A DNA stretch of 64,000 nucleotides, taken from sequence record PZ452578.1; one strand, 5' to 3'. The notes under the pieces are model-generated. The model did no database searches, was not told the DNA's origin, and saw only the letters and a program-made list of their open reading frames with translations. Positions 37,127-47,123 of the stretch are shown here, in pieces; the first letter of the stretch is position 1; every line of letters starts with the position of its first letter. This DNA is from a phage. A program made the translations under genes and the position numbers.

Positions 37127-37813
37127 TTAAAAATCGTGGGTAGAATCAGCTTCAAGAGCTACTACATAATTCGCATGTTCACCTTCAAATTTAGCAGCGC
37201 CTTGTTTACCTTTTGCCCAGAGCAGAAGTTTATAATTTCCTGGTTGCATTTTCATATTTGCCATATTGATAATGAAATTAAATGTATTTTCACCATCATA
37301 ATCACCAAGAGTCAAAGAATATTTAACACGGGTCAGAGCAGAATCTTCTACTTTATTAAAACCGTTAATTACGATTTTACCTTCTTTTACCGTGATAGCA
37401 ATTGTATCAATTTGCAGACCACGAGATACACGCAACAGTTGTTGAAGGTCTTCAGCTTTAATTTCAGTAACAACAGATGCTACCGGGAATGGAATTGGTT
37501 TATTAGGAGCAACTACTGTACTCGGATCGGCTGCTGGCCAAAAAATTGTTGAGCGGGCATCAGCAATTTTAATATTTCCATCTTCTGACTGGGAAATTTC
37601 TGCATCATCATTAACTAGAGACAGAATACCGAGAAAACCGTTCAAATCGTAAATTGCTACATCAAAATCAATAACGTCAGAAATATTTGCTTCCGCATAA
37701 GTTGTACCATTAACTGCGCGAGTCATAATAAATTGACCGGATTTAAGCATAATACCAGAGTTAATAGTAGCGAAATTTTTAAGCAGAGCAGTAGTATCTT
37801 TAGACAGTTTCAT
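37127..37813 (-). CDS. 45: gp45 sliding clamp
   Basis: ORF track 228 aa; matches T4 gp45. Confidence 0.95.
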   Translation of the reverse strand: MKLSKDTTALLKNFATINSGIMLKSGQFIMTRAVNGTTYAEANISDVIDFDVAIYDLNGFLGILSLVNDDAEISQSEDGNIKIADARSTIFWPAADPSTVVAPNKPIPFPVASVVTEIKAEDLQQLLRVSRGLQIDTIAITVKEGKIVINGFNKVEDSALTRVKYSLTLGDYDGENTFNFIINMANMKMQPGNYKLLLWAKGKQGAAKFEGEHANYVVALEADSTHDF

Positions 37814-37868
37814 GTAATTTCCTTCAATTCAAATGAGATTTAATTTTATAACTAATTTAATAAAGCAA

Positions 37869-38258
37869 TTAACGATTAAAATCAGCCGCAATTGTTTCGG
37901 CAACAATTTGAGCAGCAACAATCAGACGTTCATCTGCATTGCCGCAATATTCATCTTCAAGGCGTTCACCACATGAAGTCATAATAAATTTAGCACCAGC
38001 GTTTAGGGATTCTGTAGTATGTTTGCGCATTAGTTCAATCCATTTATTACTTACTTCACGATCGATAGCTTCATAATACGCATGACGAGCAGGTGCAGAT
38101 TTAATTTTGTTCTGAATAACTTCCATTGCGTTATCAGAAAGAGACAAAACCCATGCTCGACGAATTTTATTTTGGTTTTGTGGATTTGATTCAGAACGCA
38201 CGTGTTTTGGCTGAATATCTTTTACGTCAACAGTATAATTCACAGTAATTTTAGTCAT
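37869..38258 (-). CDS. rpbA: RpbA RNA polymerase-binding protein
   Basis: ORF track 129 aa; size and position as in T4. Confidence 0.75.
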   Translation of the reverse strand: MTKITVNYTVDVKDIQPKHVRSESNPQNQNKIRRAWVLSLSDNAMEVIQNKIKSAPARHAYYEAIDREVSNKWIELMRKHTTESLNAGAKFIMTSCGERLEDEYCGNADERLIVAAQIVAETIAADFNR

Positions 38259-38267
38259 AATACACCT

Positions 38268-38459
38268 TTAGTCATAATAATCAGTAACAGTCCAAGCTTC
38301 ATTTCTATTGGACATTATTTTTGTATATTCTGCTTTAAATGCATTCCTAAGCATAGATTCAGTAACTATATGCTCTTCATTAGAAAAATTATTTCTCAGA
38401 ATATATCGTTTTATTTCAGGAATAGTTAATAGATGCTGTCCAGTTGAATATTCTGCCAC
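38268..38459 (-). CDS. hypothetical protein (63 aa), 45.2 position
   Basis: ORF track. Confidence 0.55.
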   Translation of the reverse strand: MAEYSTGQHLLTIPEIKRYILRNNFSNEEHIVTESMLRNAFKAEYTKIMSNRNEAWTVTDYYD

Positions 38460-38510
38460 AGTTCCTCCGTATAAATATGTTTATCACTCGCTGTATCAAA
38501 AGGATATGTT

Positions 38511-39227
38511 ATGAATTATAAACTAATTTATGAAAAGTTAATCTCTAATGCTAAATCTCGAAAACTTGATTGCTATACTGAATCTCATCACATTATACCG
38601 CGCTGTTTAAATGGAAGTGATGATGCTTCAAACTTAGTAGATTTAACACCAGAAGAGCACTATGTAGCTCATCAACTTTTAGTAAAAATTTATCCTTCTG
38701 AACCAAAATTAGTCTATGCTGCTAACATGATGACAGTTTCTACGAAATACGCTAAACGCAACAATAAAACTTTCGGTTGGATTCGTCGTAAACTCTGGGA
38801 AATAGAAAAGAACAAAGAATTCTCCCAGGAGACACGAAAGAAAATGTCTGATGCAGTAGCTAATAAAGCAAGACTAACTTGTCCTCATTGCGGTAAGTCT
38901 GGATTAAGCGGGAATATGAATCGTTGGCATTTTGATAACTGCCCAAATCACCCTAATCCTAAAGTTAGACCACCAATGTCTAAAGAACACAGAAATAATA
39001 TCTCAAACGGGCTTAAAGCAATCGTTCTTGAAGAAACATCCTGCGAATTCTGCGGAATGATAGGCAAGAAATGCGTTATCGCAGCGCATAGAAATTTCTG
39101 CAAGAAAAATCCAAATGGACGCAAGAAAACTGAAAAGACTGGTACTTGCGTCCATTGCGGTAAAGTTACCACTTTCGGAAATTTATCAAGGTGGCATAAT
39201 GATAACTGTAAATATAAACCTAGCTAA
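38511..39227 (+). CDS. HNH homing endonuclease (mob-like) with Cys-rich C-terminal DNA-binding repeats
   Basis: ORF track 238 aa on plus strand; HNH motif ESHHIIPRCLNGSDDASNLVDLTPEEHYVAH; absent from this position in T4. Confidence 0.8.
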   Translation: MNYKLIYEKLISNAKSRKLDCYTESHHIIPRCLNGSDDASNLVDLTPEEHYVAHQLLVKIYPSEPKLVYAANMMTVSTKYAKRNNKTFGWIRRKLWEIEKNKEFSQETRKKMSDAVANKARLTCPHCGKSGLSGNMNRWHFDNCPNHPNPKVRPPMSKEHRNNISNGLKAIVLEETSCEFCGMIGKKCVIAAHRNFCKKNPNGRKKTEKTGTCVHCGKVTTFGNLSRWHNDNCKYKPS

Positions 39228-40908
39228 TCTTAGCTAAACTAAATCTACCAACTTTTTCCATCTGAATATGCTGACCATATTCTTGTGGGTCATGGTCTTT
39301 ATGCGAAATTATGAAGAAGTTGGTATCCTTCAAACCATCTAAAATTTTAGCTACATTTTTAATGCCTTCAGCATCAAATGCACCATCATACACTTCATCA
39401 AGAAATAAACAACTTATTTTAACACCTGAAACTTTTTCAGCAATATCACGCCAAGTAAATAAAAGAGCAATATCAATTCGTGCTTTTTCACCTTGACTGA
39501 ATGAAGCATAACTAAAATCTTCACGACCACGGGATTTAATTGTCTCATTAAATTCTTCATCTAATGTAAACACATAATCCGCTTCCATTATTTTAAGATA
39601 ATGGTTAATCTGCTTATTAAATAATGGAATGTACTTTTTAATAATAGCACCTTTAATACCAGAATCTTTGAGCATATCAGTCAAAATTCCTCGGTGGTAT
39701 TTTTCCATTACTAAATTAGTTTTTGTCTTAACAATTTTATCAAGTTCTTCTTGAAGCAGTGCTATTTCATCAGCATGGTCAATAAACTCAGAAGATGCTT
39801 TTTCTATAGCCGCTTTAACTTTTTTAGCTTTATCTACCGTCGTGATTAGAGATTGCTTTTTATTGCGAATATCATTTGCCAACGACTGTTGGGTTTTAAT
39901 ATTATCTCGGTATTCATCAACAAGAACTTTTAAATTATCACGGTGTGTTGAAAGCTGTTCAAATGAATGCGTACATTCAGAAACTTTATCTTTAATTTTA
40001 GAAACAACTTTATCACCGGAACTTAATTGTGACAAACAGGTTGGACATAATCCACCTTCGTGATACATATTAATGACTTTATTATACGAGTCAATTTTTG
40101 ATTTAATTAAAAATGCTTCTTGACCGATTTTATTAAATGCATCAGTCGGGTCTTCATCTAAAACAATATTAACTAATCTTTCATTAGCTTCTTCTATTTC
40201 TGATTTTAGCGTTCTAGCTTCTTTTGCCAAATCATCATACATATTTTGTAGACGAGTAAGGTTGTCACCCGTTAATTTTTTCTGGCGTTCAACGTTATCA
40301 TTATATATTTTAATTTGTTGGATAATACTATCTTTTTTAACATCAAGCACTTGGTTTTGTGAATTTAATTCACGTATTAGTGCTTTATTAAGCTTATCCA
40401 TTTCAGCTAATGTTCCTACCTCAAGCAGGTCTTCCACAAGCTTTCTTCGTGCAGGGGTCGACAAACCCATGAAAGGGATATACCCTGCTGTACCAAGGAC
40501 AACAATCTGCTTGAAACTGGCATATGACATTCCGATAAGCTGTTCAAATTCTGCTTGGAAATCTTTACTGCTGGCAGATTCATTAAGACGTGTACCGTTA
40601 ACGGTGATTTCGAAAACGTTTGGTTTTTGTCCTCTTTTGATATAGTACTTTTTCTCATCATATTCCATCCACAGTTCAACTAAAAGTTCTTTCTTATTTG
40701 TGCTGTTTATTAATTGACCTTTCTTTACATCACGAAATGGCTTGCCAAAAAGCCCAAATGTGATGGCTTCTAGCATAGTAGACTTACCACCGCCATTTCG
40801 TCCAGTAATAAGAGTTTTTTGAACCTTATCTAATTGAATGTCAATAGGATTTCCACCTACTGACATTATATTTTGATACCTAACTCGGTTTAGTTTAAAA
40901 TTCTTCAC
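39220..40908 (-). CDS. 46: gp46 recombination nuclease subunit (Rad50/SbcC-like)
   Basis: ORF track 562 aa; Walker A GRNGGGKST. Confidence 0.9.
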   Translation of the reverse strand: MKNFKLNRVRYQNIMSVGGNPIDIQLDKVQKTLITGRNGGGKSTMLEAITFGLFGKPFRDVKKGQLINSTNKKELLVELWMEYDEKKYYIKRGQKPNVFEITVNGTRLNESASSKDFQAEFEQLIGMSYASFKQIVVLGTAGYIPFMGLSTPARRKLVEDLLEVGTLAEMDKLNKALIRELNSQNQVLDVKKDSIIQQIKIYNDNVERQKKLTGDNLTRLQNMYDDLAKEARTLKSEIEEANERLVNIVLDEDPTDAFNKIGQEAFLIKSKIDSYNKVINMYHEGGLCPTCLSQLSSGDKVVSKIKDKVSECTHSFEQLSTHRDNLKVLVDEYRDNIKTQQSLANDIRNKKQSLITTVDKAKKVKAAIEKASSEFIDHADEIALLQEELDKIVKTKTNLVMEKYHRGILTDMLKDSGIKGAIIKKYIPLFNKQINHYLKIMEADYVFTLDEEFNETIKSRGREDFSYASFSQGEKARIDIALLFTWRDIAEKVSGVKISCLFLDEVYDGAFDAEGIKNVAKILDGLKDTNFFIISHKDHDPQEYGQHIQMEKVGRFSLAKIS

Positions 40909-41168
40909 AAAAGATTCCTTTTAATGTATCTTTTAGACCATTCTATCATATCATCATAATCTAAAAAGTATTCATCAAATTCAGCCATGCAAACAACACC
41001 TTGTGCTGTTTTTGATGTGATATAAATTATTCCAACATATCTAGAATCTTCTTCGGTGTAATCAATATTTGCTATGAATTCATCGTTAATGTCAAATGTC
41101 GAAAACTTCACAGTATGCATCCTTAATACAAGATACAGCCATATCTTGTAATGATTTAGGTGTGTCAT
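40905..41168 (-). CDS. hypothetical protein (87 aa or shorter from internal ATG)
   Basis: ORF track. Confidence 0.5.
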   Translation of the reverse strand: MTHLNHYKIWLYLVLRMHTVKFSTFDINDEFIANIDYTEEDSRYVGIIYITSKTAQGVVCMAEFDEYFLDYDDMIEWSKRYIKRNLL

Positions 41169-41355
41169 TATCTAAAATGTTGAAGTTAAAAGATACGGCC
41201 CAATCAGTGCAGACCGTAACCTTTTTAATACAATTATCTTCAACCTCTAGTGGTTCAAACCAATATTCAATAATTTCTTTATGCCCAATATCATCTTTTA
41301 CTTCACATTCAAAATGCTGACTCATCATAACATTTTTAAATTCATCAAAAGTCAT
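41092..41355 (-). CDS. hypothetical protein (87 aa)
   Basis: ORF track. Confidence 0.55.
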   Translation of the reverse strand: MTFDEFKNVMMSQHFECEVKDDIGHKEIIEYWFEPLEVEDNCIKKVTVCTDWAVSFNFNILDNDTPKSLQDMAVSCIKDAYCEVFDI

Positions 41356-42371
41356 TGTGTTGCCTCTACATATAACTGATTTGCATATTGAATAAGTGCT
41401 TCGCGATCAGAATCAGTGATGTCTGGAATTGCATTAATGTATTCTTCCATCAATGTCTGAAGAGATTGAACTTCAACTTCTTCACTGTCATCTGACTCGA
41501 CAGAGTTATCAATCTTTGACACAACTCGTAATGAATGCACAACTTTTTCTAGTTCAGATTCGAACTTCGTTAGATTTTTGTCTACTTCAGTTACTATAAC
41601 ACGTACTGATAGATTTGTAAAATCTTTATAGTCAATTTTTCCTTTAAATGGATAATGAATTCTACGATGCCAGGTAGTATTGTTTGGAATAAATTCCATT
41701 CGTTCTGTTTCTGTATCAAACATCCAGAACCCGCGAGGGTCATTCTCGTCACCTGCTGTTAGTGTCCATGGTGTCCCAATATATCTGACGTTTGCAGCCT
41801 CAGAAATAGTATGGAAGTGACCAGACCACACTTCTTTATAAGTCTTAAGGAAATCAGGTTCAAGACCGTGAGATTTCATTCCTTTATAAAAATAAAATCC
41901 ATTCAGTTCCCAGTGACCAACACAAAAAGAAGCAGATGAAGTTTTGATGTGTTCAAGAATTTCACCAGTATTTTCTTCACACATCCAAGGAATTAAATCA
42001 ATCAAACATCCGTCAAAATCTACTGTAGTAGGCTTATCATATACTTTAACATTAGGATATTTAGCCAAAAGCTCAGTAGAAGCATTTGGATGCATTACAT
42101 TTTTATAGTGGAGATCGTGATTTCCTACAATAGTATGTAATGTGATTCCAGCGTCGTCAAGCATTTGAACTATTTCACGGGCAAACTCCATAGTTTTATG
42201 CGTGATCGCTTTTCGTACATCAAAAATATCACCATATTGAATCCATACAGTAATTCCATTTTTCTTAGAATATTCTATCGCTTGCTTAATTCCATCAATT
42301 TGAATACCGCGAATCCACTCATCATCGGCTTTAACGCCTAAATGCCAATCACCCAAGTTTAGTATTTTCAT
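41352..42371 (-). CDS. 47: gp47 recombination nuclease subunit (Mre11/SbcD-like)
   Basis: ORF track 339 aa; phosphoesterase motifs GDWHLG, GNHD. Confidence 0.9.
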   Translation of the reverse strand: MKILNLGDWHLGVKADDEWIRGIQIDGIKQAIEYSKKNGITVWIQYGDIFDVRKAITHKTMEFAREIVQMLDDAGITLHTIVGNHDLHYKNVMHPNASTELLAKYPNVKVYDKPTTVDFDGCLIDLIPWMCEENTGEILEHIKTSSASFCVGHWELNGFYFYKGMKSHGLEPDFLKTYKEVWSGHFHTISEAANVRYIGTPWTLTAGDENDPRGFWMFDTETERMEFIPNNTTWHRRIHYPFKGKIDYKDFTNLSVRVIVTEVDKNLTKFESELEKVVHSLRVVSKIDNSVESDDSEEVEVQSLQTLMEEYINAIPDITDSDREALIQYANQLYVEATQ

Positions 42372-42972
42372 GGTGTCTTTTCCATCCTAATTTAGCTGCT
42401 TTTGAAACTAGTTCTTTAATTTTTCCTTTTGTCCATTCAGGACCAGGAGGTTCATGACATAACATTTGCTTAACTCCGTTATTATACCATTTTTTACCTT
42501 TATTATGTGATGAAGCTTTAAATTTATTTGACCTTCCTTTTACATAACCTTCTGGAATATACGGTAAAAAGGCAGATTTTCCTGTTAATGGGTCATGTGA
42601 ATGTATGTTTCCTTTACAATTATGAGAACCATATAATGGATGATTTTGTCCTTTAATATCTCTTCCAAATGAACCTTTTGGAGCAGCATATGACATATTA
42701 AAGAATAATGGATTTTTAACCGCATCATGCAAACGTTGATAATATAGCTCGCATTTAATAGCTTCTTCGCGCGTATCAAATTCATCTAAAATGCATGAAT
42801 CAAATAAATGTGGGTTATCTGAAAGTTCTTCATTATAAATTTTCTTATACTTTTTAGATAAAACTGATCCATGATATCCGGCTAAATGCCTATCTAAAGA
42901 TGTAGATCCAATATAAAAAGGAGGAAGTTTATCTCCACTATATATTGTTAAATAAGTTATATATTTTTTCAT
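42349..42972 (-). CDS. GIY-YIG homing endonuclease (seg-like)
   Basis: ORF track 207 aa; N-terminal YITYLTIYSGD...FYIGSTS motif; 3' end overlaps gene 47 start. Confidence 0.7.
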   Translation of the reverse strand: MKKYITYLTIYSGDKLPPFYIGSTSLDRHLAGYHGSVLSKKYKKIYNEELSDNPHLFDSCILDEFDTREEAIKCELYYQRLHDAVKNPLFFNMSYAAPKGSFGRDIKGQNHPLYGSHNCKGNIHSHDPLTGKSAFLPYIPEGYVKGRSNKFKASSHNKGKKWYNNGVKQMLCHEPPGPEWTKGKIKELVSKAAKLGWKRHHENTKLG

Positions 42973-43109
42973 ATATCAAGAACCGTCATTGAAATGCAAA
43001 ATAAAATTATTGAAATAAATCCATCTGGAGTGCTAAAGAACCCAATCCAACATGCTCTAGTGAATAGATAAAATGCAAGAAAAAGTATCACATATCCAAG
43101 AAATATCAT
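42969..43109 (-). CDS. possible small hydrophobic peptide (46 aa)
   Basis: Own translation MIFLGYVILFLAFYLFTRACWIGFF...; GGAG RBS; stop overlaps endonuclease start. Confidence 0.3.
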   Translation of the reverse strand: MIFLGYVILFLAFYLFTRACWIGFFSTPDGFISIILFCISMTVLDI

Positions 43110-43133
43110 TATATCAAACTCCGTATAAAGCTA
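43108..43133 (-). promoter_or_regulatory. Candidate MotA-dependent middle promoter (aGCTTTA, 12 bp, TATAAT) directly after a CUUCGG hairpin
   Basis: Reverse complement reads AGCTTTATacggagtttgaTATAAT. Confidence 0.45.
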
Positions 43134-43150
43134 AAGGGCCGAAGCCCTTT
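43133..43150 (-). other. CUUCGG RNA hairpin at alpha-gt 3' end
   Basis: aaagggc-cgaa-gcccttt inverted repeat. Confidence 0.5.
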
Positions 43151-44351
43151 ATTTTGTAATAATGTCAAACTGTTCTTTAAAGCAGAAGCTTGAATCTTGA
43201 TGCTGATACAAAAATTCATAAGCTTTTTCGCGTTCACGGTCATAAAGAGTTCGGTTAGATGACAGTTCTTTAATACGTTCAAATGTTGATTCCATGTCAT
43301 TTTCATCAAACCAAATGATACCGCTATCATGCGAAGTCAAAGGAGTATTATCAACACGGAATTTTAAATTTTCGCCCGTAGATTTCCAAAATACCGGAAT
43401 TGTTCCACATGCACCAAGCTCGAGATGAGTATATTCTAAAGAACGTTGTAGATATTTTTTGTCCAACTTACTCAGCTGATAACCAAAACCGGATTTACTC
43501 ATACGTTCAAGCATTTCGCTATTTACATAACGGTCAAGAATTTGCGTTGGCAAATTAGGAGCAATTTTAATTTGGTCTACTTGATGAAGACGATAATACT
43601 CGTATGGAATTCCTTTTTCTTTAATAGGAATGAACGCTGGAGAACGTTCCAGACCTTCCATAATAGTACTTAGTCCTGCAGGTTTAAGATATTTTTCATG
43701 AAAATCAAACATCTGATAAAAACCTTTCCATGTAGTCGTACGACCAATCCAACGGTTGATATTCATGTTAATTTCAGAAACATCTTTCCAGTAGGTTGAC
43801 CGAACCTTCGCAATATCCATAGGAGGCTGAAAGTTATATACGGTCGGTGCTTCTTCAATATCATCAAACAGAGAAACTGTTTCAGGATACCATTCTTTCA
43901 TCAGAACTTTATTAAAATCGCCATTATCAGAATGACTAAAAATAACATCAGCTCGACGAACAGTTTCTTCTAATCCCAAATTTCGACGCAAAGAAAGAGA
44001 AGAATGGTCATGTTGATAAACTACAACACGAACAGAAGGTTTAATATTATCAATAATTTTTTTATAGTTATTAATGGTGTCTTCTTCTACTGAAGTAGCA
44101 GGAACTGAATTGATAATTAGAATATCACAATCATTTACCAGCTTAAGTGTTTTATCGTATTCTTTTGCCAATAAAACTGGAATTGAAAATGACTTATAAT
44201 CATGCGCGCAATTACGAGTAAATGATTTATCTTTAGCATAAACCAAAATTACTTCATGACCATTTTTAATAAACCAATCACGTTGCTCGAGTGAGAATTT
44301 TGTTACACCACAACCTTCAAGACCTCGAGCCATAAAAATACATACTTTCAT
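43149..44351 (-). CDS. a-gt: alpha-glucosyltransferase (HMC-DNA)
   Basis: ORF track 400 aa; N-terminus MKVCIFMARGLEGCGVTKFSLEQ matches T4 a-gt. Confidence 0.9.
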   Translation of the reverse strand: MKVCIFMARGLEGCGVTKFSLEQRDWFIKNGHEVILVYAKDKSFTRNCAHDYKSFSIPVLLAKEYDKTLKLVNDCDILIINSVPATSVEEDTINNYKKIIDNIKPSVRVVVYQHDHSSLSLRRNLGLEETVRRADVIFSHSDNGDFNKVLMKEWYPETVSLFDDIEEAPTVYNFQPPMDIAKVRSTYWKDVSEINMNINRWIGRTTTWKGFYQMFDFHEKYLKPAGLSTIMEGLERSPAFIPIKEKGIPYEYYRLHQVDQIKIAPNLPTQILDRYVNSEMLERMSKSGFGYQLSKLDKKYLQRSLEYTHLELGACGTIPVFWKSTGENLKFRVDNTPLTSHDSGIIWFDENDMESTFERIKELSSNRTLYDREREKAYEFLYQHQDSSFCFKEQFDIITK

Positions 44352-44401
44352 TTAATATCCTCATTGTTTTGGTTTATTTTACCAAAAATTTATAAAGCAA
44401 T

Positions 44402-44419
44402 ATAGGAGCCGAAGCTCCT
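44402..44419 (-). other. CUUCGG RNA hairpin
   Basis: taggagc-cgaa-gctccta inverted repeat. Confidence 0.45.
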
Positions 44420-44591
44420 ATCCGCATAATACACCGTATAGAGGCTCATTAGAGCTTCTAAATTTTATACGCTTATATGTTATAGTTCCTTCTGCTTTAG
44501 CTTTATCATGAGACTCTTTAAAGCGTCTCATCATTTCTACTTTAGAGGAACGAATTTTATTATCTACTTCAAAAGTCTGGATGTTCATCTT

Positions 44592-44798
44592 TCATAGTTG
44601 CCACCATTTTTTGACTTGATAAGAATCAACCCACACTTTCATATTAGGGTCTGCTCTTACAATAGGAGGATTAACTTCTTTAATTGAACTATCATGGTAT
44701 TCTTTTTCAGAAATTTTCACACAAAGATGACCATTCAAAGATTCAGTAAATCCTGCATTAATTTTAAGACGCTTGAATTTTACGTGTGTAAGCATCAA
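44592..44798 (-). CDS. hypothetical protein (68 aa)
   Basis: ORF track. Confidence 0.5.
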   Translation of the reverse strand: MMLTHVKFKRLKINAGFTESLNGHLCVKISEKEYHDSSIKEVNPPIVRADPNMKVWVDSYQVKKWWQL

Positions 44799-45081
44799 TC
44801 ATATCCTCAATCTGCGATCTAGTAGTCTTCCAAAGAATACTGATGAGTTCATCGTTATATGGCTGTTTTAGAATATCCCGACTTTTCTTGATAGCATATT
44901 CGTATTGAGCAAAATTATTATTTTCAGCTGCGATCTGAGCGTGCTTATAAAGACGATTCAGTTCGCGTTTGTTTTTAGACAATAACTTATTTGCTTTTCT
45001 TTCTGCTTCAAGACGGTTCTTTTCTTCAATAGAAGAAATAAGCTTTTCCACTTCATCATTAATTTCGGGTTTATCAGTCAT
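44764..45081 (-). CDS. hypothetical protein (105 aa)
   Basis: ORF track. Confidence 0.6.
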   Translation of the reverse strand: MTDKPEINDEVEKLISSIEEKNRLEAERKANKLLSKNKRELNRLYKHAQIAAENNNFAQYEYAIKKSRDILKQPYNDELISILWKTTRSQIEDMIDAYTRKIQAS

Positions 45082-45082
45082 A

Positions 45083-45301
45083 TTATTTCTCTAATATAAA
45101 ATAAAAATCATCATCTGTTAAATGATACCGATAGTTTAATTCTACACCATTAGATTTAAAAGCGGTATCATACGGATTTTCTGGATCAATATCAATGTCA
45201 AGAGCTAAAACTTCCCTGAGATACATTTTAAGTAAATAGGGAATAGCTTCAACTTCAGGTATTTCTTCCAAGAATCCGGAGAGGTTAATCGTTAGCCTCA
45301 T
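45083..45301 (-). CDS. hypothetical protein (72 aa)
   Basis: ORF track. Confidence 0.55.
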
Positions 45302-45842
45302 ATAAAAAATCCAAACTAGGAGAATCGTCTACAACACTTTTCTTTTCAGCCCCCGGTGTTCTATAGGTTGATTCTTCGTAATGCGTCATTTTATCGTAGA
45401 TGTCTTGAATAAAAGTTTCATCTACTAACGCAACCATATCGTCGTCACGACTGTCATAGACATTGTGAACGAAGTAACTATATTTCTTTGCAACTTCCTT
45501 ACGTTCTTTTTTAATACGTTGGACGAATGCATTAAAACAAGCTTGAGTTATATATGCATGTGGGTTTTTATATTTCGTTTCATCAAAATTGTGAAGTCCC
45601 TTAATAGAAGCTTCTATACCATCTGCAATCATTTCTTGTTTCCAGGACTGGGTGTATCCTGAAAAGTTGAAACGTTTAGATAAGCCTTCTGCAATAAGCA
45701 TAATGGCTAATCCGATAGTATCATTCTGACGAACTACTTTATTTGGGTCTTTATTATTTGCTAATTCTGTTTTCCAATCAATAATAGCTTGTAAAAGCTC
45801 TTTATTGTTTACGTAATTATATTTAGGCTTAGTTTCTGACAT
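45285..45842 (-). CDS. 55: gp55 late-transcription sigma factor
   Basis: ATG at 45842 gives 185 aa starting [18 protein letters not shown] as in T4. Confidence 0.9.
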
Positions 45843-45920
45843 TTTCACCTCTTAGCTCAATTCATAGATCTATTATATCATAATATTTGAAGATCTATCT
45901 TAAAGCATAGAGGATATCAG

Positions 45921-46190
45921 TTATCTAAGTAAGCAGTATGCTTGGAACACTTTCTCCATCATCTTTTTAAATTCATGAATATCTATGTAATGATCATTAA
46001 TATCAGCGCGATATAAAAAGTCTAAAAACTTTTTATGGGTATTAGAATATTTACTTCCAGTTAATTCAGAAACATGGCTTTCCCAATATCCAACACCAGT
46101 TTTATTTGGGAAAAATGAAATTTTCATGTATTGGTCAACATAGAAAATACCAAAATTTTCAATAGCAATAGAAATATTAATTAATTTCAT
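45921..46190 (-). CDS. hypothetical protein (89 aa)
   Basis: ORF track. Confidence 0.55.
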   Translation of the reverse strand: MKLINISIAIENFGIFYVDQYMKISFFPNKTGVGYWESHVSELTGSKYSNTHKKFLDFLYRADINDHYIDIHEFKKMMEKVFQAYCLLR

Positions 46191-46402
46191 ACATTCATCA
46201 ACTTAGCCGCTTCAAGAGCTGCATCTAGTGAATCAAATTGGTCAACATATTCAATCAATTCGCCATAATTGGCATATAACCACCATTGGCTAAATTCATA
46301 CTCAAGGATGAATCCATTTCCTTCAATTTGAGTTAAACCATTGCCGTTTGTATTTACTTCATATCCGGCAAGACGCAAATCGTTAATAAGAGCTTCGTTC
46401 AT
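46187..46402 (-). CDS. hypothetical protein (71 aa)
   Basis: ORF track. Confidence 0.55.
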   Translation of the reverse strand: MNEALINDLRLAGYEVNTNGNGLTQIEGNGFILEYEFSQWWLYANYGELIEYVDQFDSLDAALEAAKLMNV

Positions 46403-46404
46403 AA

Positions 46405-46731
46405 TTATACCTTAGTAATTTTCAGGTCTGCAAATTTTTTCTTGCGTTGATTTTTCATGCGACGAATAGTTTTATCGGAAATTTCATGCTTTTGATAAGC
46501 TTTAGATTCTACACCAAAAGCTTTAACATCAAATTCTGACAAGATATATTGAACCAACAATTCACGGACAGTATTGCGTCCAATTTTCTGATCATTCTGT
46601 TTCATCGTCTGATGAAGCTCTTTTTCCCATTTATCCAAAATTTGAGGAGTTACAATATCGCCTTTTTCTAGCAAAGAAACTACTTTATCATATGCGTAAG
46701 AATTGATGGCGTTTTTAATTTGAATAGTCAT
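46405..46731 (-). CDS. hypothetical protein (108 aa)
   Basis: ORF track. Confidence 0.6.
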   Translation of the reverse strand: MTIQIKNAINSYAYDKVVSLLEKGDIVTPQILDKWEKELHQTMKQNDQKIGRNTVRELLVQYILSEFDVKAFGVESKAYQKHEISDKTIRRMKNQRKKKFADLKITKV

Positions 46732-46761
46732 ACATTATCCTCAATTGCGTTAAAATTTTAT

Positions 46762-46786
46762 TATCCAAAAAGGGCCGAAGCCCTTA
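46762..46786 (-). terminator. Intrinsic terminator (CUUCGG hairpin + UUUUU)
   Basis: aaagggc-cgaa-gccctt with A-run 46767-46771 on plus. Confidence 0.65.
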
Positions 46787-46984
46787 GCTAAACTTTTTGG
46801 CACCCTTCCAGCCTTCGTACATCATTGCGGCTGATATTAATATTGCTCCTGAGCAACTTGAATATTTGTGATTCCAAAACCAGTTTAGAAAAACTTCGTC
46901 ATCAATACCTTGGGCTATCATATTTTCAAAGAACTGACGACGAGCTTCGGCAATTCGCTGCGATAATTTAGATTCAGGATTCAT
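46784..46984 (-). CDS. hypothetical protein (66 aa)
   Basis: ORF track. Confidence 0.55.
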   Translation of the reverse strand: MNPESKLSQRIAEARRQFFENMIAQGIDDEVFLNWFWNHKYSSCSGAILISAAMMYEGWKGAKKFS

Positions 46985-47123
46985 TTAAATTTTCCAGTTA
47001 CCGTTTTCATCAATAAATTTAATCCAGTCATTTACTGACCACTTAGTTGTATCGCCTTTTGGAGTAACATTTAAAGTATATAGCCCTTGCTTAAAAAGCA
47101 TTCGTTTGATATTCATATTTTCC

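Noticed and set aside
44352-44591. Small ORF (about 37 aa, MMRRFKESHDKAKAEG…) upstream of alpha-gt
   Set aside because: No convincing RBS; may simply be leader sequence containing a hairpin and a late-promoter-like TTTATAAAT.
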